NCBI GenBank assembly: GCA_050287085.1
Contig: JBNKBE010000017.1
Coordinates: forward strand, 84,531-148,530
Direction of reading: 5' to 3'
Length of the DNA: 64,000 nucleotides
DNA from: Polyangiaceae bacterium
Lineage (GTDB): Bacteria; Myxococcota_A; Polyangia; Polyangiales; Polyangiaceae
The number at the start of each line of letters is the position of its first letter. The stretch's first letter is position 1. Below, piece after piece: positions 10,697-21,900 of the stretch. The position numbers were made by a program, and so were the translations under genes. The notes below the pieces were generated by a model. It was not told where the DNA came from. It saw only the letters and a program-made list of their open reading frames with translations, and made no database searches.

Positions 10697-11986
10697 ATGA
10701 AACGACGAACGATTTTACAGCTGAGCGGGCTGCTCGGGGCCGGTTTGACCGCCCCTTTCCTCACCGCAGAGTCCCATGCCCAAGACGAGTTCGCGGGGCC
10801 ATATTGGATATTTGTGACAGCCGGAGGTGGTTGGGATCCGCGTTTTCTATTCGACCCCACGATGAACCCGGAGCAAAACCAGTTCTACTCCGAAATTGGA
10901 AATGAAGGCGACATTCGCTTCGGCTTGTGGGACTTGAGCCCGGAAGACGTCGGGCTCGAAGGCGAAGACCGACCATACCTAAATCCCCAGCGCTTCGCCG
11001 AAAACCACGGCGGACGCATGACGGTCTTCAATGGCGTTGATACTTCGACGAACAACCACGACGCCGGACAGCGAGCGATCACGTCCGGTAGCATCGCGCA
11101 GGGTGTCCCCGCTCTCGGGGCACTGCTCGCAGCAACCCACACGCCCGACAAGCCGCTGCCCTTCGTCAGCTTTGGAGGCTACGACTCAACCTTCGACGTA
11201 GCGCCGCTCTCGCGCATTGGCGGGGCCAACCAACTGCGTCGTCTGGCGGCGCCAAACTTGCCGAACGCAGAGCAAGACGGCCTCGACGGCTACCACACCA
11301 ACGACACCTACAAGCGCATTCGCAAGGCGCAGCAGAGTCGCCTGAAGCATCTGATCGGAGAGCAGCACCTGCCGAAGATCCTACGAGCCAAGGACGCGCT
11401 GGCGAAAGCCCGTATCACGGACCAGGAGCTCAAGGCTCTGCAGCTGCCGGAACTCAAAGATCTTCCAGGCCAGCTGGGGGGCGCAGAGCGACTACTGCAG
11501 TCTGGCCAGCTTGCCCTCGCCGCATTTCAGGCCGGACTCAGTACCGCCGCCAACCTGTCGATCGGCGGGTTTGACACACACGGCAACCACGACGATCAGC
11601 ACAGCCGAGCCATGGTGCAGCTGCTCACGGGCGTCGGTGCCATACTGGACGAAATCGACGACCTTGGGATGAAGGATAAGGTGTTTGTCGTCGTCGGCTC
11701 CGACTTCGGGCGCACTCCCTACAACGGAGGTGGCGGCAAAGATCACTGGCCCGTGACGAGCTACCTGACCTTCGGTCCCGGCATCAAAGGCGGCCGCGTC
11801 ATCGGCGCGTCAGACGATGACCAATTTGCCAAGACGCTGGATCCGAAGACTCTGGAGGTAAAGAGCGGAGGTGTGAAGCTGACGCCAGGTGCAATTCACC
11901 TCAAGTTGCGAGAGCTCGGCAAGCTGAGTGCTGAACTCGACAAGAGCTACCCCATAGCAGGTAGCGACCTACCATTGTTTGGCTAG
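10697..11986 (+). CDS. DUF1501 family protein with Tat-like signal peptide
   Basis: MKRRTILQ twin-Arg start at 10697; GGWD, NNHD, GGFDTH, SDFGRTP and KDHW motifs. Confidence 0.85.
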   Translation: MKRRTILQLSGLLGAGLTAPFLTAESHAQDEFAGPYWIFVTAGGGWDPRFLFDPTMNPEQNQFYSEIGNEGDIRFGLWDLSPEDVGLEGEDRPYLNPQRFAENHGGRMTVFNGVDTSTNNHDAGQRAITSGSIAQGVPALGALLAATHTPDKPLPFVSFGGYDSTFDVAPLSRIGGANQLRRLAAPNLPNAEQDGLDGYHTNDTYKRIRKAQQSRLKHLIGEQHLPKILRAKDALAKARITDQELKALQLPELKDLPGQLGGAERLLQSGQLALAAFQAGLSTAANLSIGGFDTHGNHDDQHSRAMVQLLTGVGAILDEIDDLGMKDKVFVVVGSDFGRTPYNGGGGKDHWPVTSYLTFGPGIKGGRVIGASDDDQFAKTLDPKTLEVKSGGVKLTPGAIHLKLRELGKLSAELDKSYPIAGSDLPLFG

Positions 11987-12160
11987 CTAGCGCGGCCGCG
12001 CCCCGGAGAGCGTTCCCAAAGAAGCTCCCCGGGGCACTCTCGACTCGACCGGCATCATTGCGCTCCAGTCCCCGGGGGGCGCACCCTCGCGCTGGCGCAG
12101 CAAGGCAAGCAAAGCGAAGGCCTTCGCCTGGAGACCATTCCGGGGTATACGACGACTAGG

Positions 12161-14383
12161 ATGTGGCAATCGCTCTGGTCGTTCCTGACACGCTGGTTTC
12201 CGTTCGGCCTACTTGCTCGCAACAAGCCACGGCACTTTCGGGAAATGGCCATCGTGTTGTGGGAGAATCGCGGCCGCTGGCGCTATGCATGGCGAATCCT
12301 ACGCCACGGCGTATGTGACGGTTGTTCGCTCGGTACCACCGGCCTGCGAGACGAGGTCCTGCCAGGACCCCACGTCTGTTTGACGCGGCTCAAGCTACTG
12401 CGGCTCAACACGATGCGCGCCATGAGCCGGCACAACTGGGAGCGTCCCGACCTGACGGCTCTCGGCAATGAGGCTCTGCATCACCTCGGACGAATCCCCT
12501 ATCCCTTGCTCAAACGCGCGGGCGAGGTGGCTTTCTCGCGTATCACATGGCCTGAGGCTGTCGAGCTCATCGCCCAGAAGCTGCGCGCCAGCGATCCGGA
12601 CCGGGTTGGCTTCTTTCTTACGAGCCGTGGCCTCACCAACGAGACCTACTACGTCGTCCAGAAGCTCGCGCGCATCGCTGGCACGCCCCACGTGGACACC
12701 TGTGCGCGCCTCTGCCACGCGGCGTCTGGGGTGGGGCTCAGCGCAACCATCGGCTGGGGGGCTCCAACCCTCTCCCTCACCGACCTGATCGGGGCCGAGC
12801 TCATCTTCATCATCGGCAGCAACCTTCCCAACAATCAGCCTGTCGCAACCAAGTATCTGCGAGCGGCTCGCAAGGCAGGTTCGCGAATCGTGGTGGTCAA
12901 TCCATTCCGCGAGCCCGCGCTGGAGCGGTATTGGATCCCAAGCGTGCCCAGCTCAGCACTATTTGGAACGCCCCTGATGGACGAGTACCACGCAGTGCGC
13001 CCGGGCGGTGATATCGCGTTCATCCATGGCGTCCTAAAGGCGCTTGATGAACTCGACGGCTTCGACGAGGCGTTTGTTGAAACGCAAACGGAAGGTGCGG
13101 ACGAGCTTCGCCGCCAGCTCGTCCGCACCTCATGGCAGGAAATCGAAAGCGCCTCGGGCGTTGACGAAGGGGCCCTGCGTGCGCTGGCCGCACGTTACGC
13201 AAGAGCCAAGACAGCGGTCTTCATCTACTCCATGGGGCTGACTCAATACGAATTTGGAGTCGACAACGTGAAGGCCGTCGTCAACCTGGCCCTCGCTCGC
13301 GGCATGATCGGCCGACCCCAATGCGGTATCCTTCCCATTCGCGGCCACAGCGGGGTGCAGGGCTCCGCCGAGTGCGGAGCAGACGCCGACAAGCTGCCGG
13401 GCGCAGTCGCCATCACGCCGCAGGCTTGCGACAGGTTGGAGCGGGCCTATGACCATCCGATTCCACGTCGCCCAGGGTTGCGCGCCGCGCACTTGCTCGA
13501 CCGAGCTCGCGAGCAGGGTTTGGACCTCCTATACCTGGTGGGCGGCAACCATCTAGAAACGATGCCCAATCGCAACGCGGCCCGCGCTGGACTCGAAAAT
13601 GTGGCGCTTCGCGTGCACCAGGACATCGTATTCAACACTTCCACGCTGCTCGAAGCGCGAGAAGCCGTTTTGCTGCTGCCCGCACAGACGCGCTACGAGC
13701 AGAAGTCCGGCGGTACGAGTACCTCTACCGAGCGACGAATCCGTTTCAGTCCAGAGATCCCCGGCCCCCGCATCGGCGAAGCCAAAGCGGAGTGGGAAAT
13801 TCCGACCCTGCTCGGACGGGCGCTCCGCCCGGATCGCAACGACCTATTTCCCTACGAGGACACCCGCTCAATCCGCGAAGAGATGGCCCGCGTCATGCCT
13901 TTGTATTCGGGTATTGAACACCTGAAACAAGAGGGAGATCAGCTGCAGTGGGGTGGCCCGTCGCTCGGCGGCAATGGCTTCCCCAATATGCCGGGGGGGC
14001 GTGCGCGCTTTTCAAGCATTCCAATTCCGCGTGTGGATGTGCCACTCGGTCAATTCCTGCTGACGATGAGGCGGGGCAAGCAGTTCAATTCGATCACCTA
14101 CGGCCAGCGCGATCCGCTGAGCGGTGGCGCCAAGCGTCGTGATATCTTGATCGACGAGCGCGACATGCGGTCCCTGGGCTTGGAATCTGGTAGTGCGGTC
14201 ACTGTGCGCTCCGCTGGGGGCGAGATGGCGGCGCGGGTTCGCCCGGGCCCCTGCCGTAGCCGTCACGTTCAAGGCTATTGGCCGGAGTGCAACGTCCTAT
14301 TAGGCAACCGCTACGACCCAGCGTCGGGTGAACCAGACTACAATACCCTCGTTTCTGTGACGCGAGCGCCAGAGGCGGAGTAG
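12161..14383 (+). CDS. FdhF/YdeP family molybdopterin oxidoreductase
   Basis: CDGC, TSRGLTNE, DTCARLCHAAS, IRGHSGVQG, RRGKQFNS and SGEPDYN motifs; followed by fdhD. Confidence 0.9.
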   Translation: MWQSLWSFLTRWFPFGLLARNKPRHFREMAIVLWENRGRWRYAWRILRHGVCDGCSLGTTGLRDEVLPGPHVCLTRLKLLRLNTMRAMSRHNWERPDLTALGNEALHHLGRIPYPLLKRAGEVAFSRITWPEAVELIAQKLRASDPDRVGFFLTSRGLTNETYYVVQKLARIAGTPHVDTCARLCHAASGVGLSATIGWGAPTLSLTDLIGAELIFIIGSNLPNNQPVATKYLRAARKAGSRIVVVNPFREPALERYWIPSVPSSALFGTPLMDEYHAVRPGGDIAFIHGVLKALDELDGFDEAFVETQTEGADELRRQLVRTSWQEIESASGVDEGALRALAARYARAKTAVFIYSMGLTQYEFGVDNVKAVVNLALARGMIGRPQCGILPIRGHSGVQGSAECGADADKLPGAVAITPQACDRLERAYDHPIPRRPGLRAAHLLDRAREQGLDLLYLVGGNHLETMPNRNAARAGLENVALRVHQDIVFNTSTLLEAREAVLLLPAQTRYEQKSGGTSTSTERRIRFSPEIPGPRIGEAKAEWEIPTLLGRALRPDRNDLFPYEDTRSIREEMARVMPLYSGIEHLKQEGDQLQWGGPSLGGNGFPNMPGGRARFSSIPIPRVDVPLGQFLLTMRRGKQFNSITYGQRDPLSGGAKRRDILIDERDMRSLGLESGSAVTVRSAGGEMAARVRPGPCRSRHVQGYWPECNVLLGNRYDPASGEPDYNTLVSVTRAPEAE

Positions 14384-14386
14384 ACC

Positions 14387-15295
14387 TTGACCGCAAAACG
14401 CAGTCCCCCGTCGATGGCGCCACCAGGAAGCGCTCACTCCGCCAGCGCTCGCGGCTCGCTGATGAATGCCGCGGCTGAAAGCGAAAGACGGCAGGTACGA
14501 CGCATTGAATTCAACGGTAGTCCGCACCCTCTTGACTTCGCGCGCGCGGAAGCCCTTGCGGTGGAAGCGCCGCTCGAGTTGAGACTCGACGGTGACCCTT
14601 TCATGACGACCATGCGCTCGCCGGGCGCAGATCGAGAACTGGCGGCAGGCTACTTACTGAGCGAAGGCATCGTCAAAACGCGACGCGACCTGCTGAGCCT
14701 GGCGCCCTGTGCCGCCGCCCGCCCTCGAAGCGTGTTGGAAGCCCAGTTGGCTCCCGGGGTACGGCTGCCGGAGTCGCGATTCGAGGCGCGCCCTGGACTT
14801 ATCTCCGCGGCCTGCGGGGTTTGCGGGCACGCTGATGTTGACGCGTTGCTAAATCAATGTGCCCCCGTCACTTCCGAGGTGGCTCTCGACGTCGCGGCCA
14901 TCAGCCGGGCGCAACATCACCTCGAGCAAGCCCAAGTGGAGTTTCGACGCACGGGAGGCACCCACGCCGCCGCGCTGGCGGAGCGCGATGGCACCCTTCA
15001 ACGTGTTTTTGAAGATGTGGGACGGCACAACGCCGTCGACAAAGTCTTGGGCGAGCGCTTGCTTCGCGACGCACTTTCACTCGAAGAGCACATACTAATG
15101 CTGAGTGGTCGCTGCAGCTTCGAGATCATACAAAAGGCCGCCATGGCAGGCATACCCGTGGTCGTTGCCATCTCGGCCCCCACGGACCTCGCGGTCAGAG
15201 CAGCCGAACACCTGGGCATAACCCTGGTGGCATTTGCACGCCCACAAGGATGCAATGTCTACACTCACCCAGAACGTGTCATCCCTGCGCCTTGA
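14387..15295 (+). CDS. fdhD: Formate dehydrogenase accessory sulfurtransferase FdhD
   Basis: E.PLE, TMRSPG, ACGVCG, TGGTHAAA, EDVGRHNAVDK, SGRCSFE and SAPT motifs. Exact start uncertain. Confidence 0.93.
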   Translation: MTAKRSPPSMAPPGSAHSASARGSLMNAAAESERRQVRRIEFNGSPHPLDFARAEALAVEAPLELRLDGDPFMTTMRSPGADRELAAGYLLSEGIVKTRRDLLSLAPCAAARPRSVLEAQLAPGVRLPESRFEARPGLISAACGVCGHADVDALLNQCAPVTSEVALDVAAISRAQHHLEQAQVEFRRTGGTHAAALAERDGTLQRVFEDVGRHNAVDKVLGERLLRDALSLEEHILMLSGRCSFEIIQKAAMAGIPVVVAISAPTDLAVRAAEHLGITLVAFARPQGCNVYTHPERVIPAP

Positions 15296-15437
15296 CCGGC
15301 TCGAGCTCATCCCCTGCGGGTGAGGCCGTCCGTGCTCCAATTTTATCGTGCCAGACGGAAGCTCAGCACCTTCTCGTTCGCAGGGCCGGTCTCCGCTAAA
15401 GGCGAGAGGCTCTGCGCCGTTGTTGCGCTTGGTAGTC

Positions 15438-15830
15438 ATGTCCGCTGTATCCCAACCCGCCGCAACTCGGATCCTCTTTGCCGACGACGACCTGTGCATC
15501 CGCAGAGCCTTTGCCCGCACGTTTCGGCGCCCCATATGGGAGGTCGAGTTCGCCGCTAATGGCAACGAGGCCCTGACCCTAGGCGCCCATGGTCAATACG
15601 ATGCGGTCATCCTCGATCACATGATGCCAGGTCCGTCTGGAGCGGACCTGATCCATCGCCTCCGAAAGTATCAGAAGAACGCGCTCTTTGTGGTCATCAC
15701 GGGCTATTCGGACCGCGCCCAAGCATCCTGTCGGACTCACGGGGTCAATCTGGTGATCAGCAAGCCGTGGGACGCGCAGACTCTCACCGACTTGCTGTCG
15801 GCCTCCACACCGCACTACCGTTCCGCTTGA
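15438..15830 (+). CDS. Single-domain response regulator (receiver)
   Basis: ILFADDD, LDHMMP (phosphoacceptor Asp), ITG and KPW motifs; likely ATG at 15438. Confidence 0.88.
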   Translation: MSAVSQPAATRILFADDDLCIRRAFARTFRRPIWEVEFAANGNEALTLGAHGQYDAVILDHMMPGPSGADLIHRLRKYQKNALFVVITGYSDRAQASCRTHGVNLVISKPWDAQTLTDLLSASTPHYRSA

Positions 15831-16079
15831 TCGTGCTTGGAGAAGCAGAGCTGCACCGCCCGAAGCAGCTCACTCCTGGGTATTGCTGGTCGTTGCCCGC
15901 CAGTCGGCTGGCACCCTCTTCGCTGTTGTCCATCGCTGGCCCCCCGCTACAAGCCGGACTCGAAACCGAGCCGCTGAGCGACGCAAGGCTGCCGTCCAGC
16001 CTGGCCCCACGGCGACGATGCGTCTCGTCTTCAAATTGGAACTGCTCATCGCGGTGGAGTTCCGCTAGATCACGGTCCA

Positions 16080-17267
16080 ATGATGGCAACCGTCGCCGAG
16101 ACTGCCGAAGCGCCCAGGCTTCCCACTCTCCTCCCCCACCGGAATAGACGCGGAGCAATCCGTGCCGTCGTCACCGGAGTGCAATGCGGCACCGCCGCGC
16201 TAACAACCCTGAGCTGCGATCCTTTCGGCACTGGCTTCGACGCCGTCGAAGAAGCGATACGCTACCAAGCCTCGGACATTTCCTGCTCGGCCGCGGAATG
16301 CCAAGAGGCGATCCGTCAGCGCGGCCTGAGGGTGACCACCTACAACATCAAGTTCGGCGGTGGCCGCATTGATTTCTTCTTCGACTGCCACGGCAAACGA
16401 GTCCTGATGAATCGTCAGGAGGTCACGGCGCATATGGCAGGGCTGGCCGCGAAAGTGCGAGAACTCGATCCAGACGTGCTCCTGATCGAGGAAGCCGACG
16501 TCAATTCCAAGCGAGCCGCCTTCGTCGATCAGGTTCAATACCTCCTCGACCATACCGAACTCAACTACGGCGCTTACGCTTCCCAGTGGCGCGCTGACTT
16601 CGTTCCCAGCGACGGCATCGGTGCTGTCGACTCGGGCAATGCCGTGTTGTCCAAGCTGCCACTGGAAACGGCCACCCGCTATGCCCTCCCGCTCCGCAGC
16701 GATCAGAGCGGCATCGAACGCTACTTCTATCTCCATCGGAACATGTTGGAAGTCACCCTGACGGTAAACGACGAGCCCCTGACGGTCATCGCCATCCATA
16801 CCGCCGCGTTCTCCAAGGACGGGACCAAGCGTGAACATATCAACCGGCTCAAAGCAAAGATGGACGAAACAAGTGGTCTGGTCCTCGCGGGCGGCGATCT
16901 CAATGCGCTGCCTCCAGGTTCAGAGCAGCTGCACAACTTCGACGATTCAGCCTGTTCGGGCGACTATGAGGCGGACGACTACCGAGCGGAAACCCACTGG
17001 CTCGACGCGCTATACGAAGACTACGAATCCGCCATTTCCCTCGAGCGCTATCGAGACGACAACTCCCGCCACTTCACCCATACGACCCGTGCGGACGGTT
17101 TCTGGAACCGTAAGTTGGACTACTTGTTTACCAATGGTCACTTCGTTCCCGGTTCAGGGCACGTCTCGCAAGCGGCTGGAAGCGAAGAATTGGCAACGAT
17201 GCCCCTCTCCGACCACGCTCCCCTCAGCGCCGTCTTATCCTTCCGCCAGAAGGACCTTCCGCAATGA
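16080..17267 (+). CDS. Endonuclease/exonuclease/phosphatase (EEP) family protein, probably a lipoprotein
   Basis: TYNI, DVLLIEEAD, GNAVLS, GDLN, LDY and SDH motifs; LSC-DP lipobox-like segment. True start probably later than 16080. Confidence 0.88.
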   Translation: MMATVAETAEAPRLPTLLPHRNRRGAIRAVVTGVQCGTAALTTLSCDPFGTGFDAVEEAIRYQASDISCSAAECQEAIRQRGLRVTTYNIKFGGGRIDFFFDCHGKRVLMNRQEVTAHMAGLAAKVRELDPDVLLIEEADVNSKRAAFVDQVQYLLDHTELNYGAYASQWRADFVPSDGIGAVDSGNAVLSKLPLETATRYALPLRSDQSGIERYFYLHRNMLEVTLTVNDEPLTVIAIHTAAFSKDGTKREHINRLKAKMDETSGLVLAGGDLNALPPGSEQLHNFDDSACSGDYEADDYRAETHWLDALYEDYESAISLERYRDDNSRHFTHTTRADGFWNRKLDYLFTNGHFVPGSGHVSQAAGSEELATMPLSDHAPLSAVLSFRQKDLPQ

Positions 17268-18049
17268 TGACAGTACGCCTGCGTGCGATTTGTATCGCGG
17301 TGTGCTCATGTGTGAGCCTTTGCGCCCAGATCGGACGAGCGCAATCCACCGTGCGCTGGGCCGATGACTCAGCGCGCCTCATCGCCAAGGGCCAACTCCA
17401 GGCAGGGGTGTTGTCGAGCTGGGCCTACGGCCTCGCTCCGAAGATTCAACTGAATGCTCACCCGATTGGCGCCTTGTTGCTGCCGGGCGCAGGCCTCAAA
17501 GTACAGTGGTTGACGACGCCCACGCTCCAACTTGCGAGCGTTCATAGACTGAGCTACCCCACCGCGCTGTTCAACCTCGTCGCTCGCGAGGGAACGTTGG
17601 GTCTGCTCCCAGCAAACCAGACCATCGGCTCCAGTGTGATGCTGGAGAGCAAAGTGATCGGGACGACGGTTTGGCAGGGTTCTCATGCGCTGAGCGCGGC
17701 AATGGGCATCACGGCAGCAAGCCATGACGTGCTGCGCAACCAGCCTTTCGACTTCCCGTTCTTGTTCCAACGGCTCGGGCCCACTGCCAACCATTGGAGC
17801 GCAACGGCGCAGCTCACGGCCACGGGAGCCGCGACGTCATGGCTTGGCTACGAAGTCGGGGCTCAGACATTTATCCACCTGCCAGAACACGGGTGGGCCT
17901 ACGAAGCCCACGGAGCCTTGTGGTTTGCCATTGGATCGCGCCAGCGAATCATCGTCCAAGGACGCGTCAGTCGCGCGGCCCTGCCGGTCGGGATCCGCAC
18001 ACACTGGTTACCACTCGTCGATTACCAGCTTAGCTTCGGGGCTCCCTGA
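17264..18049 (+). CDS. Exported hypothetical protein, possible outer-membrane beta-barrel
   Basis: Overlaps the EEP stop codon; N-terminal signal peptide; amphipathic beta-strand pattern with aromatic residues near the C-terminus. Confidence 0.6.
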   Translation: MMTVRLRAICIAVCSCVSLCAQIGRAQSTVRWADDSARLIAKGQLQAGVLSSWAYGLAPKIQLNAHPIGALLLPGAGLKVQWLTTPTLQLASVHRLSYPTALFNLVAREGTLGLLPANQTIGSSVMLESKVIGTTVWQGSHALSAAMGITAASHDVLRNQPFDFPFLFQRLGPTANHWSATAQLTATGAATSWLGYEVGAQTFIHLPEHGWAYEAHGALWFAIGSRQRIIVQGRVSRAALPVGIRTHWLPLVDYQLSFGAP

Positions 18050-18063
18050 GCGCTCATTCGCAG

Positions 18064-18732
18064 CTAGCTAGCCTTGCGCCGCGCGAAGTATACAACCTCG
18101 AGCATCTGGCTTGCACCGCGCTCCCGAAAGCGGGGCTCTTCGTTGAGAATATCCCGCTCGTCGTGCCGCTCCCATTCGAAATCAGGGGTCAATAGGGCTG
18201 GCACCTCAGGAACGGAGAACGGTGGCCCCGAACCCATATCGTGTTCGAAAACGACACTCATGAGACCACCCCCGACCGGTAGCAGCGCAGCCAGCTTGTC
18301 CACGTAGGCACGGCGCTGCTCGGCGGGCAAGGCGACGAGAGCCGCTCGATCGAAAACGGTGTCCACCGCTCCAAGCTGCCCCCGCGAAGTCGCGAAGATG
18401 TCGGAAACCAACATCTCGACGGCCGCTCCCGCCGCGAATCGGACGGCACCGCCGACCTGCGTTCGAGTTGGCACAAGCCCGCGTTCTGCGTAGTACGCCG
18501 CGACCGCCTCTTCGACGAACTCCACGCCGACTACGGAATGCCCCTCCTCTTCGAGCCAAGTCATGTCACGACTCTTGCCCGCAAGCGGCACAAGAACGCG
18601 ACCCGAGCCACGCCCGCGCCCAAGCCAGCCAAGAAAGGCGAGCCAATGACGCACCAACGCTGGGCTAGCCTCCAACTGGTGAAAACCGATCTGCCCCGCG
18701 CTCCAGCGCGTTTGCCAAAAGTCGTGGTTCAC
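18064..18732 (-). CDS. tpm: Thiopurine S-methyltransferase
   Basis: FWQTRW..GQIGFH, VLVPLAGKS.D, DRAALVALP and GPPFSV motifs; likely GTG start at 18732. Confidence 0.9.
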   Translation of the reverse strand: MNHDFWQTRWSAGQIGFHQLEASPALVRHWLAFLGWLGRGRGSGRVLVPLAGKSRDMTWLEEEGHSVVGVEFVEEAVAAYYAERGLVPTRTQVGGAVRFAAGAAVEMLVSDIFATSRGQLGAVDTVFDRAALVALPAEQRRAYVDKLAALLPVGGGLMSVVFEHDMGSGPPFSVPEVPALLTPDFEWERHDERDILNEEPRFRERGASQMLEVVYFARRKAS

Positions 18733-18994
18733 CTCGGCACCCTGTACGACGAGGTCTGACTTTGTCCAGATCTTCAACTCCGCCCGGTGGGGAGTTCCGG
18801 ACTGACTATCAATCAACAATCAAGGTGGGGTCCGAAGCCGCACCGGGGTAGCACCCGCTGGGTGGCCGCGGCGCCGCCCCCTAAGCATAAGGGAAGCCTC
18901 CCGCCGTCCGTTGTACTACCACGTGTTCTGCCATCTTGGCCCCTGGTGCGCGGACACTCGACCTGTGATAGAGCTCTACCGGGGAAAGGTAACT

Positions 18995-21900
18995 ATGATT
19001 TCGAGATTCGTTGTAGGGGGATGTCTGTGCGCCCTCGGGCTCGTCGCTACGTCCGCATGCCACACAACAACCGCAGAAGAGCGGAGCGAAGCGGCTCAAG
19101 CCGACGGACCCCGCCGCGCGCTCTCCTCCCCCCCCTCACCCGGCCCGCTGCTGGACACCCCCAGCCCCTTTGAAGCGCAAGACCCACTCCGGCTCGCGGC
19201 CATACTCGAACGAGCCCAACGCCGGGCAGGACTGGACTATGCCCTCAGCCCCGATGCCCGCGGCCAGGTTCGCTTGAGCAACGAGCGTCACCGGCTGGAA
19301 GGTCTCTTTGCCGGTCCTACTCTCGAACTACGCGGAAACGAGACGACCTCGGGGTGGCGGCACGAACTCGAGCTCGTTTCCTTTGGTCGAACAAAACAGC
19401 AAACCCCCGCGCTCTTGGGCACGCGTCTGGAGCAGAACCGAATCGTGTTGACCCGCAGCGGGCAGCTTGAGGAATGGTACCAAAACGGCCCCCTCGGGGT
19501 TGAGCAAGGCTTCGACCTTGGCTCGGCGCCCCCGGGGCAAGAAAGCGGCGAGGAACTCACTCTACGCCTTCGCTCCAGTGGTGATCTGCGGGCCGAGCGC
19601 GAGGGTTCCGGTGTCGTCTTCAAGGACACACTCGGTCGACGCAAGCTCGCACTTGGCGAACTCGTCGTCACGGACGCAACAGGGGCCATTGTCCCGTCGC
19701 GCTTTGAGGTCGACGCAGCGCACGTGGCGCTGGTCATCAGCGATCAGCTGGCCAGCTATCCACTGCACGTCGACCCTCTGCTGAGCTACGCCTCCATGGA
19801 CCAGAAGCTCACCTCACCAGGCGCGGCGGCGGCAGGCCAATTCGGGGTGGCCCTCGATCTCTCAGGGAACCTCGCAGTCGTGGGTGCCCCGCTGGAAAAC
19901 AGCAGCCAAGGCGCAGCCCACGTCTTCGCCTACAGCGGCGGAAACTGGGTCTTCCAGCAAACGCTTACAGCCCCAACGCCAGCAGCAGAAGAACATTTTG
20001 GACAGAGCGTTGCCATCGATGGAGGGCTTATCATCGTAGGAGCACCTGGGGACGGCACGGTCAACGGTAGCGCTGTCGTCTTCTCCAACTCCGGCGGCGC
20101 TTGGGCACAGGTCGAAGAGTTGCTGCCCACAGAAAGCCCGGGGTTCTTCGGCTATTCGGTGGATATCCTCGGCACGCGTCTGCTGGTTGGTGCGCTGTTG
20201 GTCGACGGCATCGGCGCAGCTTACGTCTACGACGGCGATGGCAGCAATTGGAACGCCCCGCAGAAGCTGCAGACGAACACCGAGTACCTCGGTCAAACCG
20301 TCGCTCTCGGACGAGACACCACCGGGACGAGCGCCGTTGAGTATGCCGTAGTGGCCACGCCGTGGCCTTCCGGCTTCACGCAGCAGGGCGCGGCCTACGT
20401 ATTCACCGAGACCAGTCCGGGTACTTGGAGCGCGGGCGAAGCCCTCACGCCTGGCGACGGCGCCGCGGGTGATCGCTTCGGAGGCTGCGCTGCCGCCTCC
20501 GGCAACCGGGTGGTGATCGGTGCCTCCAATGCGGAATCGATCGGTCCGGCCTCAGATCAGCGCGGCGCAGCCTACGTATTCGTGCGCAGCGGCGGCAGCT
20601 GGGGGCTCGAACAAAGACTCGAAGCGGCTGATGCGGATGGTGACCTGGACGCCAACGGCTCCGACACCGGTGCGCTATTCGGCACCAGCGTGGCGATCAG
20701 TGGAACTCGCGTGGCCATTGGCGCCCCTCGCGGCAGTGGCCACCTACCGGGAGCGGGTGAAGCCTATGTTTTCGATCTGAGTGGCGGCACTTGGTCAGAA
20801 AGTGAACACTACTATGGTGGCTCGTCCGTCACGAGTGGCTTCTTCGGACGTAGTGTAGGACTTTCTGCCTCCGCTCTGCTCGTCGGGGCATTGAGCGACG
20901 ACGGTGGGGCCAGCGCCAGCGGAGCCGCCTACGCAGTGCGCCTGCTGCCGCGCAAAGCCGCCAATTTTGAGCGCCTATTAAACAGCTCTGGTGACGGTAT
21001 CGACGCTCAGGGCTACAGCGTAGCCGTTCGCGGAGCCTTGGCGGTGGTCGGCGCGCCGCTAGCCAATGCCGAACAAGGACAAGCCTTTGTCTTCACCTTC
21101 GATGGAAGCGACTGGAATGAAGTCGCCACACTCGTGGCCAGCGATGGTGCCGCCGGTGACCAGTTTGGTGAAAGCATCACCCTGTCCGCCGACGCGATCG
21201 TGATTGGTGCTCCCGATCAAAGTGGACCGGGCTCGGAAGCTCGCGCCGGGGCCGCATACGTATTTCCAGCACTCGGACTCTCAGGAACCGTCAATGAGTC
21301 GGCCAAGCTCAGGGCTCCGTCCGCGCTTGCCGGTTCACGCTTTGGAGCACAACTTAGCATTGCGAGCAACACCCTAGTCGTGGGCGCTAGCCATGCGAGC
21401 ACGGGCAGTGCATTCGTATTCGAAAGAAACGCCGGAGTCTGGAGCACCGGTACGGCGCTGCCCACGAGCGGACTGCAAACCGGCGACGCGATGGGCGCTG
21501 CCGTCGCCACCGACGGCCTCTTTGCAATGGTTGGCGCCCCCGGCGATGACAGCAACACCGGCAGGATCTACGTCTTCAAGCGCGGCGCGAGCGCATGGGA
21601 GGCCCACTCGGAACTCACGGCAAGCGCACCAAGCGTCGGCGACGCCTTGGGCATCAGCGTCTCACTCAGCAACGACATACTGGCCGTCGGCGCTCCCCAA
21701 ACGGGCTCGGGACCGGGCAAGGCCGTCATCTTCCACTACGATACGGGAGCTGACACCTGGACCTTCGAGGCTGAGCTGACCGCTCCACTGGCTGAGCAAT
21801 CCACCGCCAATCCGGTGGGTACGTCCGTTCGCCTTCAGGGGCTACAGGCGCTTGTTGCTGCGACCAATCGCAGCTATCTATTTGGTCGCTCGGGCACGAC

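Noticed and set aside
12161..14383. Selenocysteine-containing formate dehydrogenase
   Set aside because: No in-frame TGA; the ligand position is Cys (CARLCH), YdeP-like.
15784..16158. 124-aa minus-strand ORF between the response regulator and the EEP gene
   Set aside because: Overlaps both neighbours, has low-complexity composition and no motifs.
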